From Bugula neritina (Eukaryota > Animalia > Bryozoa), in assembly GCA_964035545.1 (NCBI GenBank), contig OZ037765.1, forward strand, positions 3,286,001 through 3,350,000: a DNA stretch of 64,000 nt, in the 5' to 3' direction. The notes below the pieces were generated by a model that saw nothing but the letters and a program-made list of their open reading frames with translations, was not told where the DNA came from and ran no database searches. Positions 38,853-53,583 of the stretch are shown here, in pieces. Position 1 is the first letter of the stretch, and every line of letters starts with the position of its first letter. Position numbers and translations under genes: made by a program.

Positions 38853-40683
38853 GTTATGGGATACAGTTCTGTATCAATACTGTATATTTCAGCAAATTAT
38901 TAATGATTTCCACTTCCACTTATATATGCTATGACAAGGACATAATTTTTCTTAAGATAACAGTAGATTAATATTATATTCACTGTTATTGTCTTACAAT
39001 AATTTGACAGGATTGAAAAAATAAATAACATTCATATGTAATAACACTTTTATTTTGTGATGACATGTGATGTCATAGTATTTTTAGGCATGAACATTTT
39101 TAAATAATGTTTTCATCTCATTAGTCAATGTAATGAATTGCTGGCTCTACATAATATATAATTATAGGCAGATTGGTTGTCATGGCAACATATAGCTCAT
39201 TAGGATGACTCATTCTCAATAAAAATCTATACTATATAGCAATATTCTTAGTTATGAAATAATTTTTGTCAATCTCCCTATATAATAATTTAGATCTTGC
39301 AACTAACCACATTCTCTTAACTCCATTACAATTCAAAGTGAAGCTATTAAAATCATTGCGATTGTACAAAGTTAAAAACATGAAATTCAAAGCAAGCCAG
39401 GCTAAGCTCCAGCTCCAGAGTGTTGTGTGCTGGCTATCACTTGTCAGTAGCTTTAGTACCTGCTAGCTTGTAGCTTGTCAGTAGCTTGTCAACATAGGGA
39501 TCATCTTTCATAGACGCGCAAAATGAAAGTATATATAGCTACTCATTATCAGGTTTTTATATATTTTGTAAAACCAAATATTAATACAAGTATAATATAA
39601 TGTTGAATGGTATTGAAATTTAACAAAACGCTTCAATTTCATTGCCTCTTAAAGCATGATAGCCACTTTTACAATGAGCTGCAGAGCAATTATATAGCCT
39701 TGTAGAGAACAAGCTATACTGCCAGTGTAGCTTATCAAGTATCAATTCTTGTATAACAGTTTAATAGCTAAATTTTTTATGTCTTTGTTATCAATCTATG
39801 GTCAGCTCCTACTTTGACCTTCTGACTCTGAGTTTTTATATAATTAGTTAAGATACATTAGTTTGCTGTAATCTCTGTTTACAAGTTGTCTCCTCTACAA
39901 ACTGTAAACTGACAAACTTAATATAAAATTTACTGCAAGAACATTCAGTACACTTTGATATATAACTTCTCATAGAGTTTTGATTATTCTCTACATCTCT
40001 TGACTCCTAATAGATTGTTGAAAGAAGTTTGCTGCATAATTAGTGTATGACAAAACTAATTAATAAATGCTAGAAAGAGCTGAGGCACATTTTTTATTAT
40101 ATACTTATATTATCTGATTATTAAATTATTAAATTTTATCTCACAATGAGTTTTATTGCATAAAGGCTATAGAATTACATTACACATTGTAATACATTAT
40201 AGGGATCTCTAAACTAGTGGTTATATATTTGTTAATAAATCTATTTTTCAAAAAGAAAATTCTTTATCCAGTTTAATATTAGAACTATTTATATATATAT
40301 AAAGCATTACTAAAACAGCTTAATAATATTGGTAATTCACAAGCTGGCAACTGAAAATATATACCAATAGAGTATACGCTAATATTATGAAAAAGACATA
40401 ATCTCGTCAGAACAAACAGGAGATATAATTAAAGCTCAGATATATAATTCCAAGTGATGAGAAGTGCTATAGCAAGTTATACTTACAGTGAACAGAACTT
40501 TAAAATAAAGAATTCTTTGTTAATCAAATAACAACACTGCATCATGTTTTTGAATATATGATTTAAAAACATTATTCTAGCACAGCAATATATGCACAAA
40601 TAACAAAATAAATTTTGAAATTAATTTTCTGAAATGCTCACAGATCATTAATAAGAGTTTTTCCCCACTAAATCAAACTAATT

Positions 40684-41720
40684 TTAGCCGTTGTTGACTG
40701 TTGATGTGTTTTCATAACAGACTGGTTCCATCTGTTTAGTTACTTTCTCATAGACATGATTATCTGATGTAACCTGGGGATTTGTTATCTCATACTCAGC
40801 ACTCTGTACTGGCTCATCTAGTGTACCACCCCGATTCTTAGAAGATGTAGGTGTCAGGCCCACTTCTTCATATTCAGGATTAGGTTGAGCTCTATTCTCT
40901 CCAGACTCAGTATCAGAAGATCTTCTCACCAACATCACAATAATAATCACTACTAGTATAATGATGATGAAACCCATTGGAACACCAAGTGCTACTCCAA
41001 CCACCCAGCCTGTAGCAAAGGCAAAAATATACCAATTATCTCTATAAACCCTATGTGTAGGCTATAAAAAGCAAAAGCAAAAGCAAAACATATAAGTTAT
41101 TTCTATAAAAACCATATGTATAATTTAAAACTGCAGTTCAAAAAAGTTGAAATTTTTTTATATGAATTAACACTAAACTATAAGTTTACCGCTAAAAATA
41201 TTTAAAAATAAAGCAATGGTTTTGTCAAAGGCTTGTCAACTTATTTTGTAGTTTTTTATGGTTTATACAGATAAATTTACATTGCAAATTTGACCGACAC
41301 ATACATTGAATTGTTAATTCACAGATATAGGAGGATTGTTAGTCCATTTTCTTTTATTATCTATCAGCTTGCATGTAATGGCAACAAAACTTTTTCTTAT
41401 GAACCCTTCTTTGCAGATAGATGCTTTCCAGCAGTTAAATGCTATACCCCAAACCCTACATAAAATACATATATTGTACCAAAGTGAATAAATAGCCACG
41501 TGGGAAGCGTCTAAGCATCATATAATTGCATTGTATCAGCAGAATATCCCAAAATTATAATATAAGCCAAAATCTATATCATCTAAAAATGTTAACTGGT
41601 AAATAAAAATATAGACTAATTACAAGCGAAGGTACAGACATGGTAAGTATTCTCTTTTCTTCTGGTTTTCGATATTTTGTTATTATAACATCTCCATGAG
41701 TTAACTTGCTTCTTTCTGCA
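40684..41720 (-). pseudogene. Receptor paralogue C remnant: intact TM/tail exon plus decayed sushi and exon-6 relics
   Basis: Exon 40684-41009 (CAG|GC acceptor, open) encodes a TM and a distinct tail with NPEYEEV, YEIT, YEKV and YENT. Degenerate sushi at ~41314-41520 (CKEGF..AITCKLID..WTNNPPI) and an exon-6-like relic at ~41620-41720; no upstream exons seen. Confidence 0.75.
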
Positions 41721-42703
41721 TCATATTATATGTGAATGTAATATATATATATATATATATCATCTCATTAGTATATTATAGACACTGCATGGTTTGAACA
41801 TCAGCAGAGTTCATTTATGACAGCCGAGTAATATATAGAATGATGTGTTTAAAAAAATCAATCAGACATTTAAACTGTTGAGAGGCCCTGCTATACGCAT
41901 GCATTTTTGCAAAATTTTTTTTTATTTATTTTTTGTTTATTATTACTTATAAACAGCGATTGTTTTAGATTTTTTATAATAAATATTGACAAATACTCGC
42001 AATTTACAGAAGCTTTAACTATTTAAATTTTTAGCTACAGAAATACTGTATGAAACTCTAAGGAAAACTGCAGTTGCTTGCAAAAATTCAGTATATATAG
42101 TGCTAATTTTACGACGTAAAAGTTTAATAACTATATATATACTGATGGTGCGCTGAGAGTGGTAAGCTCTTGTGTATCTTTACTTTGCATGTTTGCAAAC
42201 TTCCAGTTATACTTCATGCTTATTTCATGAAAGTGGCAGTAAGTTTTCTGTATTTGTTTCCCAATACCAATATACAATAGCATGTAGGTAAAATGACGTC
42301 ATCAAGCAAGTGGTTTACATAAGGCAGTTCAGCAAGTAAAGAAAAAATATTAAAAGGCAGAAAATTTTTTTAATAATTGCGCTGCATGCTTTGTTTGTTT
42401 TCGGAAAGAAAATTTCTGCAGCTAATAATATGTTTCCTTCTTTTACCAGGGTTTCTACTTTGCAATGATTCAGATAGGGATATGGTTAAGGATATAGATT
42501 GTCTAGGGTATGAGCAGCTGTTTTTGTTTTTGTAAGCTTGTGACTTCCTTATTATAATACAGTCATGTGGTTATTTATACTTTGGTTATAAGAACATCAG
42601 ATGACTATATTAGAACGAATACCCATGCTGGTATGAAGTTTTAGTAAAACATCACTTGACTCAACACTGTTTTACTGTGTGAACATTGATACGTAATGTT
42701 AAT

Positions 42704-45700
42704 ATGGGTAGAATACAGCACTTATGTTTTTGCTGCTGGCTCTTTTTGGTAACTGTGCCCACCTCCGTGCCAGTACAAGGTATGTTAGATAGCATTTTGT
42801 AATATTATGTATTTTAAATGTAACTCACTCTTTGAAGAATATATTCACTTTTGTAGTTTATATTTACCTGTATATAAAAGACATACTTATCTGCATATGT
42901 ACTGTACATGTCAAATTATTATCAAACAGAGCTGAAGAGATAAAAGTAAGCTTTTAAATTGCCATGAAAGTAGTTATCATGTCTCTAATTGTAAAAAATA
43001 GTATCTTGGTATTAATTTTGCACTGTGAGTAATATGTTATTCTTTTTATGAATTTGAAGGAATGACCTGTGAATGGGAGTCAGGTCTGGGAATACTTGAT
43101 CCTTACGTACGGTATGATAGTGCTCTGACACTATTTGTAACCAGTGAAGATGAGTGTAGAGCTCAGTGCATGCAGCAGACATCATTTATGTGTGCCTCAA
43201 TAAACTACAGAACTGCAGGTGATGGAGAATGTCAACTGTTGGTAGAAAATAATCAGACTGCTTACACTGTTCACAGTACAAGTGGTGTCCGACACCAGTT
43301 TAGATATTCCATCAGACCAGGCTGTGCCGGTAAGTAACAGATATACGTTTAACTTTACAAGACTATAAGGCATGCCAAGGACAAGAAGTGGCATTGCATG
43401 GCAACCGTTTATTTTAAAAGATTCTGTTAGCATTATACCTGAAGTGAGCAAAAAGCAACTTGTAACTATTTAGTTGGTAATAAGTTTGTTTAAGTTTGCT
43501 TATTTCAATTGTTGTAAAGAGATGAAACAAAGTATTATCATGAAGCGTATAGCATTAAATATATATACAAAACTAGCTGTCCCAAATCAAACATTTTAAA
43601 TGAATTTAATTTCAAATATATTCTTATTATTTCAAGTCGGTAGAAATTTGAATGAGAATCAAAACTGGTGAAGCATGAAATATATTTTAAAAATTAAGGT
43701 GATTTGGTTAAACTGCAAGTTTAAGTTTTATCAATCTTTTTTAAAGACTATATAATTATCATAATTGTAATATGCGCAAGTATACTAACATAACACGTAG
43801 TTAGGGTACCTACATGTAATATCATTTCTGTTTATTAAAACAAACTTATTTGCTGCATTGTTGAAATAATAAGATAATCAAACTGAAACAAGAAAGATAT
43901 TGGCAAACTACTTTGACTACTTATATATAAGTATGTAAAGCAGAAAATTTATATTTTGGCTCTACAAATTTTATGATAGATCGAACTAAATTTCCTATAA
44001 TAATTCGTCCAATTTAGCCTAATTTTTAGTCCGTACTTGAAAGGTTTACACTAACATATGAAATTTCTGTTCTATTTAATTTGGAACTAAAGTAAATAGT
44101 TGTTAGAATACAGCGTGTCTTTTTTTATCTAATTAGAATCTAGTTGTCGTATGAAATGCATTTTGATTTAAAACAAATTAATTCTTTAGTATTTATTATG
44201 ACCAAGGCCATAAGGCATACTCATTGAATATTATAAACTACTTGCCACACTAAATATATTATAATGACATCTTCTAACCAACAGGAATATGGCAGCCATG
44301 GACAGCTACTAGAGGGTTTTTTCAGTATAATGGAGTACAAAAATACCGGAAGGTAGCAAAAAGACATCTCAGTGACTGCATGAGTTTGTGTTTACAAGAC
44401 CAACACGCCAACTACATCTGTAACTCTATAATAAATTCAGCCACCTATTCTACTTGTGACGTTGTTGACAAGAGATCAGACGATGCAGGAGTAATTCTAT
44501 AACTTTCTACAGATCATCAGTTTTTCAACCTGCCTCTCTGGTATTCAGGTACATTTTACAACAATTTTGTAAATATTTACTATGTTTAATTCATATATAA
44601 ATATTTCTAAATTTACTTAACAATACTAGTTTATTTAGTCTAACCACCACATAAAGGATAAGGGTAGACCACATACACCCGTGCAAGTATTAAATAAATA
44701 GGGTATGTCTGACAATTGAGAAATTTAGACATGGCCGGTGGCTTCACTGTAATGAAAACTCAGCTGTACCTTTTATTCTTTATACCTTCCAACCTATTTA
44801 AAAATTAATGTATGAAGTATATAAACTCAAAAAATGTGTTTTTTAAAACAAATGAGCTTGACGAAATTTTTGCGTGTTGCAGATTTTGCTTCTCGACTGT
44901 TTAATTGTCTATATATAGTTGTTTTGGCCACAGTATATAAGTACACTTACTAAAATATTAAGCATGACAGCTGGTGTGCCACATATCATAATATGTCATA
45001 TTGCAGTATAGCATACAGTTAGGGGTCACACAGGCTTAATTTTCTTTTATTCTGAATAGTACGGGTCTGCTGTGCTGTAACATTAGGTAGAACAGGGATG
45101 TATACTATGGCTTTACAGCAACATTGCTACTTGAATGCTTTTAAAAATAACAACATTCTCAAAAGATTTTTACACAAATTAGAAATTGGATATTATATAA
45201 GAGAATTTTGTTGAGTGTATTTATGTCAATTAAAATCTAATTTAAAAATTGGCATCAGTTTTCATATGCCCTCTTAAAGCTAACTATATGTTCTAGCTCT
45301 TCATTGTGACACCGTTGTAAATGAGGCCTTCATTTTATAGTCACTGTAGCTTATCACTATACTCATGCAGCTACTATAGTACCTAACTTAAGCTTTTTGC
45401 AGCTAGTACCTGTGGTCTCGGGGAAATTTGATTTTCTATGTTTAAAGCATTAGGTGTATAGTTATTCAGGCTTTGCTAAAACCACTTTATTCCAAGGTAA
45501 AATTAATTAGTAGAATTATGCATTTATTGTTGCAACTGTGGCACTGTCTGTCTGGTACAATGAAGTTTAAGTCCTTGCAGGTGCTTTGTTATCTATTTGA
45601 AATATTAAGTTAGGTGTGTTTCAAAGTGAAAAATGTATATCATTAAACAGTCAGTCGAAGGAGACTATAAAAATATATATATACATACATACATATACAT

Positions 45701-45706
45701 ATATGT

Positions 45707-45782
<76 letters not shown>

Positions 45783-45804
45783 GTATATATGTATACACAT
45801 ATAC

Positions 45805-45835
<31 letters not shown>

Positions 45836-48800
45836 TATATTTGATTTTGATTTTCATGTCAAATACTTCACTTGGTTGGGCGCCACAAACTTCTATCTAC
45901 TATTTATTTACCGCACTTTGTATTATGTAGTATAGCATTCAGTCACTTAGTGGCTATTTTCGACATATATATACTATGATTTATACTGCATGTCTTGTAA
46001 GTAATTATAATACATCCCTTCTGTTTGACAAGCATAATAATTAGTTTTGCTAACATGCATCTAAAATTAGATCACTATCAGTACAACTCCCATTAAATAG
46101 CTGCAATGAAATACTCTCAAGTTGATGTGAAACTAATTATGACTCATCAAAAACCTCATATAACTTTACAAAAACAGCATATGGGCCAGACACCATAAGG
46201 AAATGATATGGGGGCAGTTTGGATAGATATTGTTTTTGTAGATTTTACAAATTACCACATCCTCATAACAACCAGCCTGTGCGCTAGCTTTCCTGTTTCC
46301 TTGAGATCTTCACTGAGTGTTGGCATCACTTAAAAATGAATCAACATTATTAAATTAAGTTACTTGAGACCAACTCTCATAACAATTAATTTGTGACAGC
46401 AAATTTATCACAGCTAGAGCTTCATATGCAGTGTCAGTATGTTGCTTACGAGTAACTACATTTTTATCACTGCCAAAGTTGCAACTTAGCTTTTCTTTAT
46501 GCGCTTCTCTCAACAAAACTTTGTTGTCACAATTCTACTTCATACTTCTATAAGCCCCAAGTCTGGTATCTCTGTATATTTGGTATATCTAAATTTAGCT
46601 TCAGTAATGTTACCTATTTCAATTTTTGAAGCTGGCAGTTTAGTTCTCATCACACCCAAAACAACAAAGTTTACTGCAGTAACTGCTTGATATATCATAA
46701 TAATGGGCCTGCTACCATTTTCGTTTTGCTTTTCGCTAAAAGAAACTTTGAGAAACTTATAGTAAAACTGTGGTCCATTGCTAGCTGTGAGCACTGTATC
46801 TACAAACACTATTACTTGTCCAGTAGCGGTGCTGCTCAAAACTTCCCATGGCCTCAGAGAATCTGCTATAAAAAACATTATTAAATAATTCTGCATAGAT
46901 AGCATTAGGTCAACAAGGAAAGGGGATGGCTATAACTTGGGCATTTTGTGGGTTTCGTTATTCCCTTTAACACAATCAGCACAATTTATGCAAAGTTTTT
47001 ATATTCATTTGTTTCGGGCACTACACTTGGGAGTTTAGACCCAGTTCTTTTTTGTTTTTACTATGTCTATAGTATTAAATAACATCTGACTTACTTGACA
47101 GTCTTTAGTGGATTGACCACATGTGCAGTCTCTTTAGTTTCACACAGCCAACAGCCACTATTCGAGCCATAAAAGCTGGAAGGTTATCTGAATGCTTGTA
47201 GGGCAGTTAGCCAATCACATGAGGTTAGCTTGTAGTTAATCTATTAAATACTATAAACCACATCATTTGTTAGTTTTACTACATGTATACTGTAAAACAT
47301 TTGCACACTCCACTATCTCCTTTACTATCACTTAAATATTCTTTTCGGTAACTTAACATGATCTGCTGCATGTGACTTTAATTTCATAATACACCTAAAA
47401 TAGCTTGATTTAATTAAGTTATTCATACAGTCATATTGAACTATCTATAAACCACAGTGAATAAGTATTTTGATGAGTCAATTCTTGCTCAGGCTGAACT
47501 GACTTATAGTCACAAATCAACTTTAAACACGAAACCCAGTAATTAACAGTATACTGTTTTAGACAGTTCTTCAAGTACAACAAATACAAAAATTGAAACT
47601 TATGGATATGCTGGAATTGCTTTCATGTTACTCTTCACCTACAAGATAGAAGCAGACGGATATTTAGTTGGCTGGAAGTATATGATTGGTCGTTCTACTG
47701 ACTACTGTGACTCATATGCTGCTATCTGGAGACAGACAGGAGAAGGTAACTCCGCTGTATTCAATCTGATTACAGAAACTCTACTCACACCTGAAGATGT
47801 ATCTACAGGAGGAATCAGATTCCAGTTTGTACAGAACTCTACAGAAGTAGTTAGAAAAGGAGACTTTCTTGCTCTGTATGTAGAAGACTTGAGTAGCTCT
47901 GGTTGTAGAGGTAACCTAGTCTCGTTTAGGGAGAATGCAGTGGAGGATCCTCCAGCTTATGTACGTAAGGCGGCAAATAACCCTAACAAAAACAGAGTAG
48001 GCAGACTCACAGCTTCAGATGTTGTCATACAAAACAGAGGAGTAGCACTGAGAGCCTACATAGCAGGTAAAGCAATTATCTTCAAATTACAGTAGATCGA
48101 AGATAATTATAAAAACACAAAATTAAAGCATACCATTCAAACTTACAAAATTAGACAAAGCTTTAAGTATGTAACATATCTTTTACTGGTGTCATGATTT
48201 ACCTACTCAAGTAGAAATTATTTTAAATTCATTGAAAAAAGCCATATATGTTGTAGAAATGCCCTAATCCTAATAAATAAATGAAACTTCAAATACAAAC
48301 TAAAAATTATGCATTTAGCTAAAATTTTAAGTACAATGAAATTATGAGGTAAATTGAATATGTGCATGCATCATAATTATTTGTCAGTGAAACCCGGGCT
48401 CTTAAAAAGATGCATTTTATGTTTATGACTTAAACTTTGTTTTTCGCTGAACAATTTAACTTTAGCTTTTCACCATCATTATTTTGATTTATTTGACAGA
48501 AAACCTTAAAATTACCGGCACTCCAGTGTCATCTCATACAAACATTTTAACTGGTGAGATTAGAATCAAGTGGAATTCACCAGTTACACCATCCTATCAA
48601 AAGCTTGCAGCTTCCCACTTCAAAATAGAATGTTCTGACAACTCCAATTTCAGCACAATAGTAAGCTCTAAATTAGTTTCTATAGACTACAGAGAGACTG
48701 TGATTAGTAATCTGAATATACAACAACCTTACTATGCTAGAGTATCTACTGTGAGGAATTATAATGGTGAAGAGTTGATACAAGATGTCTATACAGTCAA

Positions 48801-51502
48801 TTCTTCAATTTGTGCAGGTATGATTATATTGAACTATATTACATCCTAGCGTAGCTGATTTTCTTTTCGATAAAAATGGCTGCATGCTAAATGAATTTTG
48901 CAAATGGCGACAAACCTGCACAATATTAATCTGGCAGTTTTGAAAAATAAATTTGGTAATCTTTTGGTTTGTTTTAGAAAGAAACAAACTGATATCAACT
49001 GAAGTTTTTATCACAGAAAGTGGGGTTCTGCAACCTGAGGAAAAGAGTGTTGTTTCTGTGTCTGTACCTTCATTGGTTAGTTACCGAAACATGAATTCTT
49101 TAAATAGTTATAAGTAAAGTATTTGTTCTAGTATTGCACTTTTTTCAACTTGCCAATAAATTCTTATTCTAATATTTATTTAGCTACCAATTAGGAAAAA
49201 TAAATTCAACTATGATTTTATACGTCTGGCATCTAGTATAATAAGTAAAGAGTCGAGCTTGTTTTCATATGATACTTTATTATTATACATATACTATACT
49301 ATACTATTCATATACATATACTGCTGTATATTATGTGTACTAAATGATTTACTTATAGAAAGATGACAGGTGTGTATCCAGTGTTACAATAATTTATGGA
49401 AGTGGACAATTATCCAATCAGATGAAGACTGGACAATGGTCTTTCACTAAACAGCCAGGTGTGACCTTTGAACTGACTATTAAAGTAGAGCTACTAGATG
49501 GACATGAGAATACAATATGGCAGGAAACATACACAACTAGTAAGAAATAAGCATATAATTTTGAGTGTACGTTTATTTTAATCATGTGGTATAAAAGGTA
49601 AATTAATATAATGAAACCAAGAATAAGCATAAAAGGAATGTGCTATTGAAGAAGTGAGTTTCATCACTTGTTATACACACAATTGGTAATGAAATTTACA
49701 GGCCTTTGAATATTGGTGACCAGGTAGCAAAATTTAATTATTCTCTTCTTTCTAGTTCAAAATTACAAGGCTTTCTAAAGATTATAGTGTGTTAATGTAA
49801 AACGTATTGCTTTTTTACCACAGCAAAATAATGTCCAAATTGTTTGCTAATTTTATTGAATTGTAATAGTTATATAACTCTATAATGCAGTTGCTATAAT
49901 GTACGCAGATTAGGTAACTTCTAAGGCATGACTTCTTTCAATTATGTGTTTGTATAATACGAGTAAGTAACTAACAGCAATTAGCATAAGCATTAGCATA
50001 AGTAATGGAATAAAAAGTGAGTTGTAGTCTATTAACATTTTTTGCAGTCTTTCAACCTATCAGATGTTCTCCACCTCCATCTGTACCCAATACTGAAGTC
50101 CATGGACTGGAAGGTGAATTCCATTCCAACTCCACAGTTTCATACTATTGCCAAGGTTTTGGTCCTGTTGTCATCACATGTGAACTGGTAGATGGTAAAG
50201 GAGAATGGTCTGACAATCCTCCTATTTGTGAACTACCAACTCAAAGTATGTGTTCTTCTAAATACTAGATTTTAATATAGATCGAAAAGGCTCAAAATTA
50301 AACTTTTTCTATTCATTTTTATTACTGGCGCAGATGTTTTAAGTTGTCGTATTATTTTTCATTGACTAGTGCATGCGACTTTGGCAAAGGTAATCACGCT
50401 GTAAGCTTGTGAAAGAGTATGCCGGCTCAAGTCTTATATATTATTTATCAGTTTGATCGTTCCTAAAGCATGATATTCAAGTATAATTTATTTCAGAAGT
50501 TTTTAAAAATTTTCAATTCAATTGTTTTTGAATACTTTTAGAAATGCTCAGCCTTGTTAATAATGTAAAATGTTAAATATATGCAAAATTAGACACAGGT
50601 TAAAAAATGAGCCTCATATGTTTTAACTATCATTTTGTGAAATTTCAAAATGCATATAATTTGCTCCATACTTTGTATCTTTTTAAATTTTCAAACTTGA
50701 CTTTAGATTTTCAGTTTTATATCAAATTTATTCAACTGAATATTAACAGATAATAAATGGCATTTGTTTTACAGGTGGTATTAAGGGGGCATATTCCGGC
50801 ACACCTTATAGCTGCTCATCATCTACCCAAGGTACTTGTTTATACATGTATATATACAGGTTTTTATTTCTAAGATTTTGCACACATAAAACTATTTTAT
50901 CTTGAAATTTTCACAATAGACTGTTTTTAAACTTGTGTTAAAAAATCGATTCTTTAAAGTAGTATATCCTTAACATTTTTTGACTCAGTTAAAAATGGTA
51001 TTTACAAGTTGTTTTTAATAAGTAACACATATATTAGCAAGCCATACTTGATGGTACATTGCTAGCCCTTGTTGCTGTATACAAATTGATTTATATTTTT
51101 AAAAATTTTTCTGGAACAGAAAAATGCTACTCGAAGTCGAGGTTTTAGAAACAAGCAGCTGTTTAACTCTGCACCCTCTCAATTAAAGTATATTAGAGTC
51201 CTTTCCTTTTTAATTTTACAAAGTGCAAAGTTGTCACTATATTCATTATGTATCAAACTTTGCTATATTTACCTTTTAAAAGTGTTAGTTAACACAAGAT
51301 TATCTCTGGTTTGTTTGTATTATTAGGCTGGGTGGTTGGAGTAGCGGTTGGTGTCCCAATGGGTTTCATCATCATTATACTAGCAGTGATTCTTATTGCA
51401 ATGCTAAGGAAAAAGTCTGCTGGTAATAGGTACAGAGGGCAAAGCTCACAAGCTAAGGAAGGAGTAGACAAAGTAGAACTGATACCTGCTCTCGTTAGTT
51501 AG
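42704..51502 (+). pseudogene. Receptor paralogue D: inverted orientation, short tail without motifs, premature stop in exon 3
   Basis: Exons: 42704-42779 (MGRIQHLCFCCWLFLVTVPTSVPVQ), 43060-43329, 44285-44548 (in-frame TAA at 44500-44502 where paralogues have Glu), 47563-48066, 48500-48817, 48978-49075, 49359-49539, 50048-50245, probable extra exon 50775-50831, and 51327-51502. All other exons are open with GT-AG boundaries. Confidence 0.75.
45674..45840. repeat. (TA)n/(TACA)n/(TACATA)n microsatellite
   Basis: Seen directly. Confidence 0.95.
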
Positions 51503-53225
51503 ATTTAAAAAGCTATAGTGTGCCGGGCAAATGAGAACAAAGAGCTGTATATGATAATCTAATTTTTCAGACCTTAATATTTTAAAATCATGAGTATATA
51601 AAAAATATATTATTAAAAAGACAATGAGAAGAATTGAATTTAGGTACTCATGAAAAATATTTTTTTCAAATTTTACTTAGGTTTAGAGCTAATTTTTGTA
51701 GGGTTTAGAAGCAGCAAATTTACTGATAGAAAATTATTTTGAAACAGCTAAATAATATGACAATAGCAGTTTATACACTAATATGCACGACTGAAGAAAA
51801 TGCACAGCTTCAATTTTTAATTTTAAGCCGATTTAATGAAAGACTAGCTGCCGTGCAGCTTGTGGTTTTCATGATTGCAATTTTTTTAATTTAAAGACCT
51901 TTGAATTATAGGTTAAGCGTTTATAGCAGGCACACTTAGATTACAATTTTTTATTGTCCAATAAATACTTTTACAATCAGAATCATTCTGACAAATTACC
52001 TGACTTGCGCCAGGATTGTTGCAGTTTTTTTCCCATTATTTGATTGACATGCTGTCATCAATATACTTGTGAGAATAGCCCGGAATGAGTCATCTATCTC
52101 AACTCGCAGTATTATGATTTAGTAAGATTGAAGCTTGATGAGCAATCTTTGTGTTCAACTATGTAGTTTGTTGTTGGCTAATCTGTGAACTGCTTAATAT
52201 TCTATTATTTGACTGTTCATTATATTTGATATAAATTATGGTGGGCAAAGCTTAGTTCGCCAGAGCCCAAAGTTGCTGAGTGAATCTTGGTGATTTACTA
52301 AATACACAAATATCTTTATGTAGTAAATACCTCTTCAATAAAATTTGAACAAACTTATTTATACTTTTTTGCTAGCTTTTTGTTAAATAAAAAATGTACT
52401 TACCACCACTCTGTCAGTCTAGCAAATGTGCAAGTTTGGTGCAATTCCTCCTTTTCCTGCTCTTTGTTACTAATAAAATTGACAAGTTTATGCATCTCAT
52501 TTTTGAATTAGTTTAGTTTATCAACTTCAAACACTGTTGGGAAACTTTAATTCTATAACCATCTTGAGAAAATGAATTTATACAGCTATAGTGATGGTTG
52601 AAAACATTGTTAGCATTTAGAGCTGAAAATCTATGCATTTTTATTCAAAATTATATGTCATACATGCAGCTCACTCTGTTCAATGGTAATACACAGGGTT
52701 TTGAAACTATATTCAGAGTAAATGCACTTATAAGCCTATAATTTTGAAAAAAATTTAAATGGAATAAAGTGGTAAACTGTCCACTCCACAAGGTCATATT
52801 CGAGACCACCCAACAAGTGATCGCAATGATCCACCTGCCAATCGAAGAAACAACTCTATGTGATTTTGTTGAGAAGATGAGTCATAAACCACACAAAGAT
52901 GAGTCATAAGTTTTTTATGGTGGTGCTACAATTTCTCATATAAATATAGAAAACACAAAAGTTTATGTCTAGTTCCAAAAACTATATTTAATGAACAAAC
53001 CTAAAAATTATATAAAAATTAGCAGTTTCAAAAATAGTTTAGAACACAACAGTTTGGTAAGCTGTTTGAAGAGGTTTGAAAAAACTGCTGGTTGTCTTTT
53101 TATACTACTATAGCATAAATGTCGTTTGTGTTAAAGGCAGAACATTTGCATTTGTCTGATTTGTGTTAGAAACTTAACAAAAACCAGTAATTAGGATATA
53201 TATGTATGTATATGTATATTATATG

Positions 53226-53277
<52 letters not shown>

Positions 53278-53583
53278 TGTGCGCGTGTGCGCGGGTGTGG
53301 ATGTGGGTGTGTGTTTTGACAAAAAATTACGTAGAACACAGTATTAGTATATACAAACATATTAACCTACTGTCACTTTTCAGCTTCAATACTGCAAAAA
53401 ATGTCATCAGAAAATGAGCCATGTATGCACAGAGTCTATTATAAAACAAATACTCTGAAATTGTATAGACATATGGAGAATAGCCAGGTATCTGTGAATA
53501 ATTTAGTACTGCATAATTGTAGCATGCAATAATAATGATTTACCATTATCGTTAGAAAAAAGTTGGTAAAAACGCTAAAATGG

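Noticed and set aside
51120-51200. Possible extra exon before the D TM exon (acceptor GAACAG|AAAAATG; also ~912)
   Set aside because: The phase-1 frame hits TAG within 10 codons.
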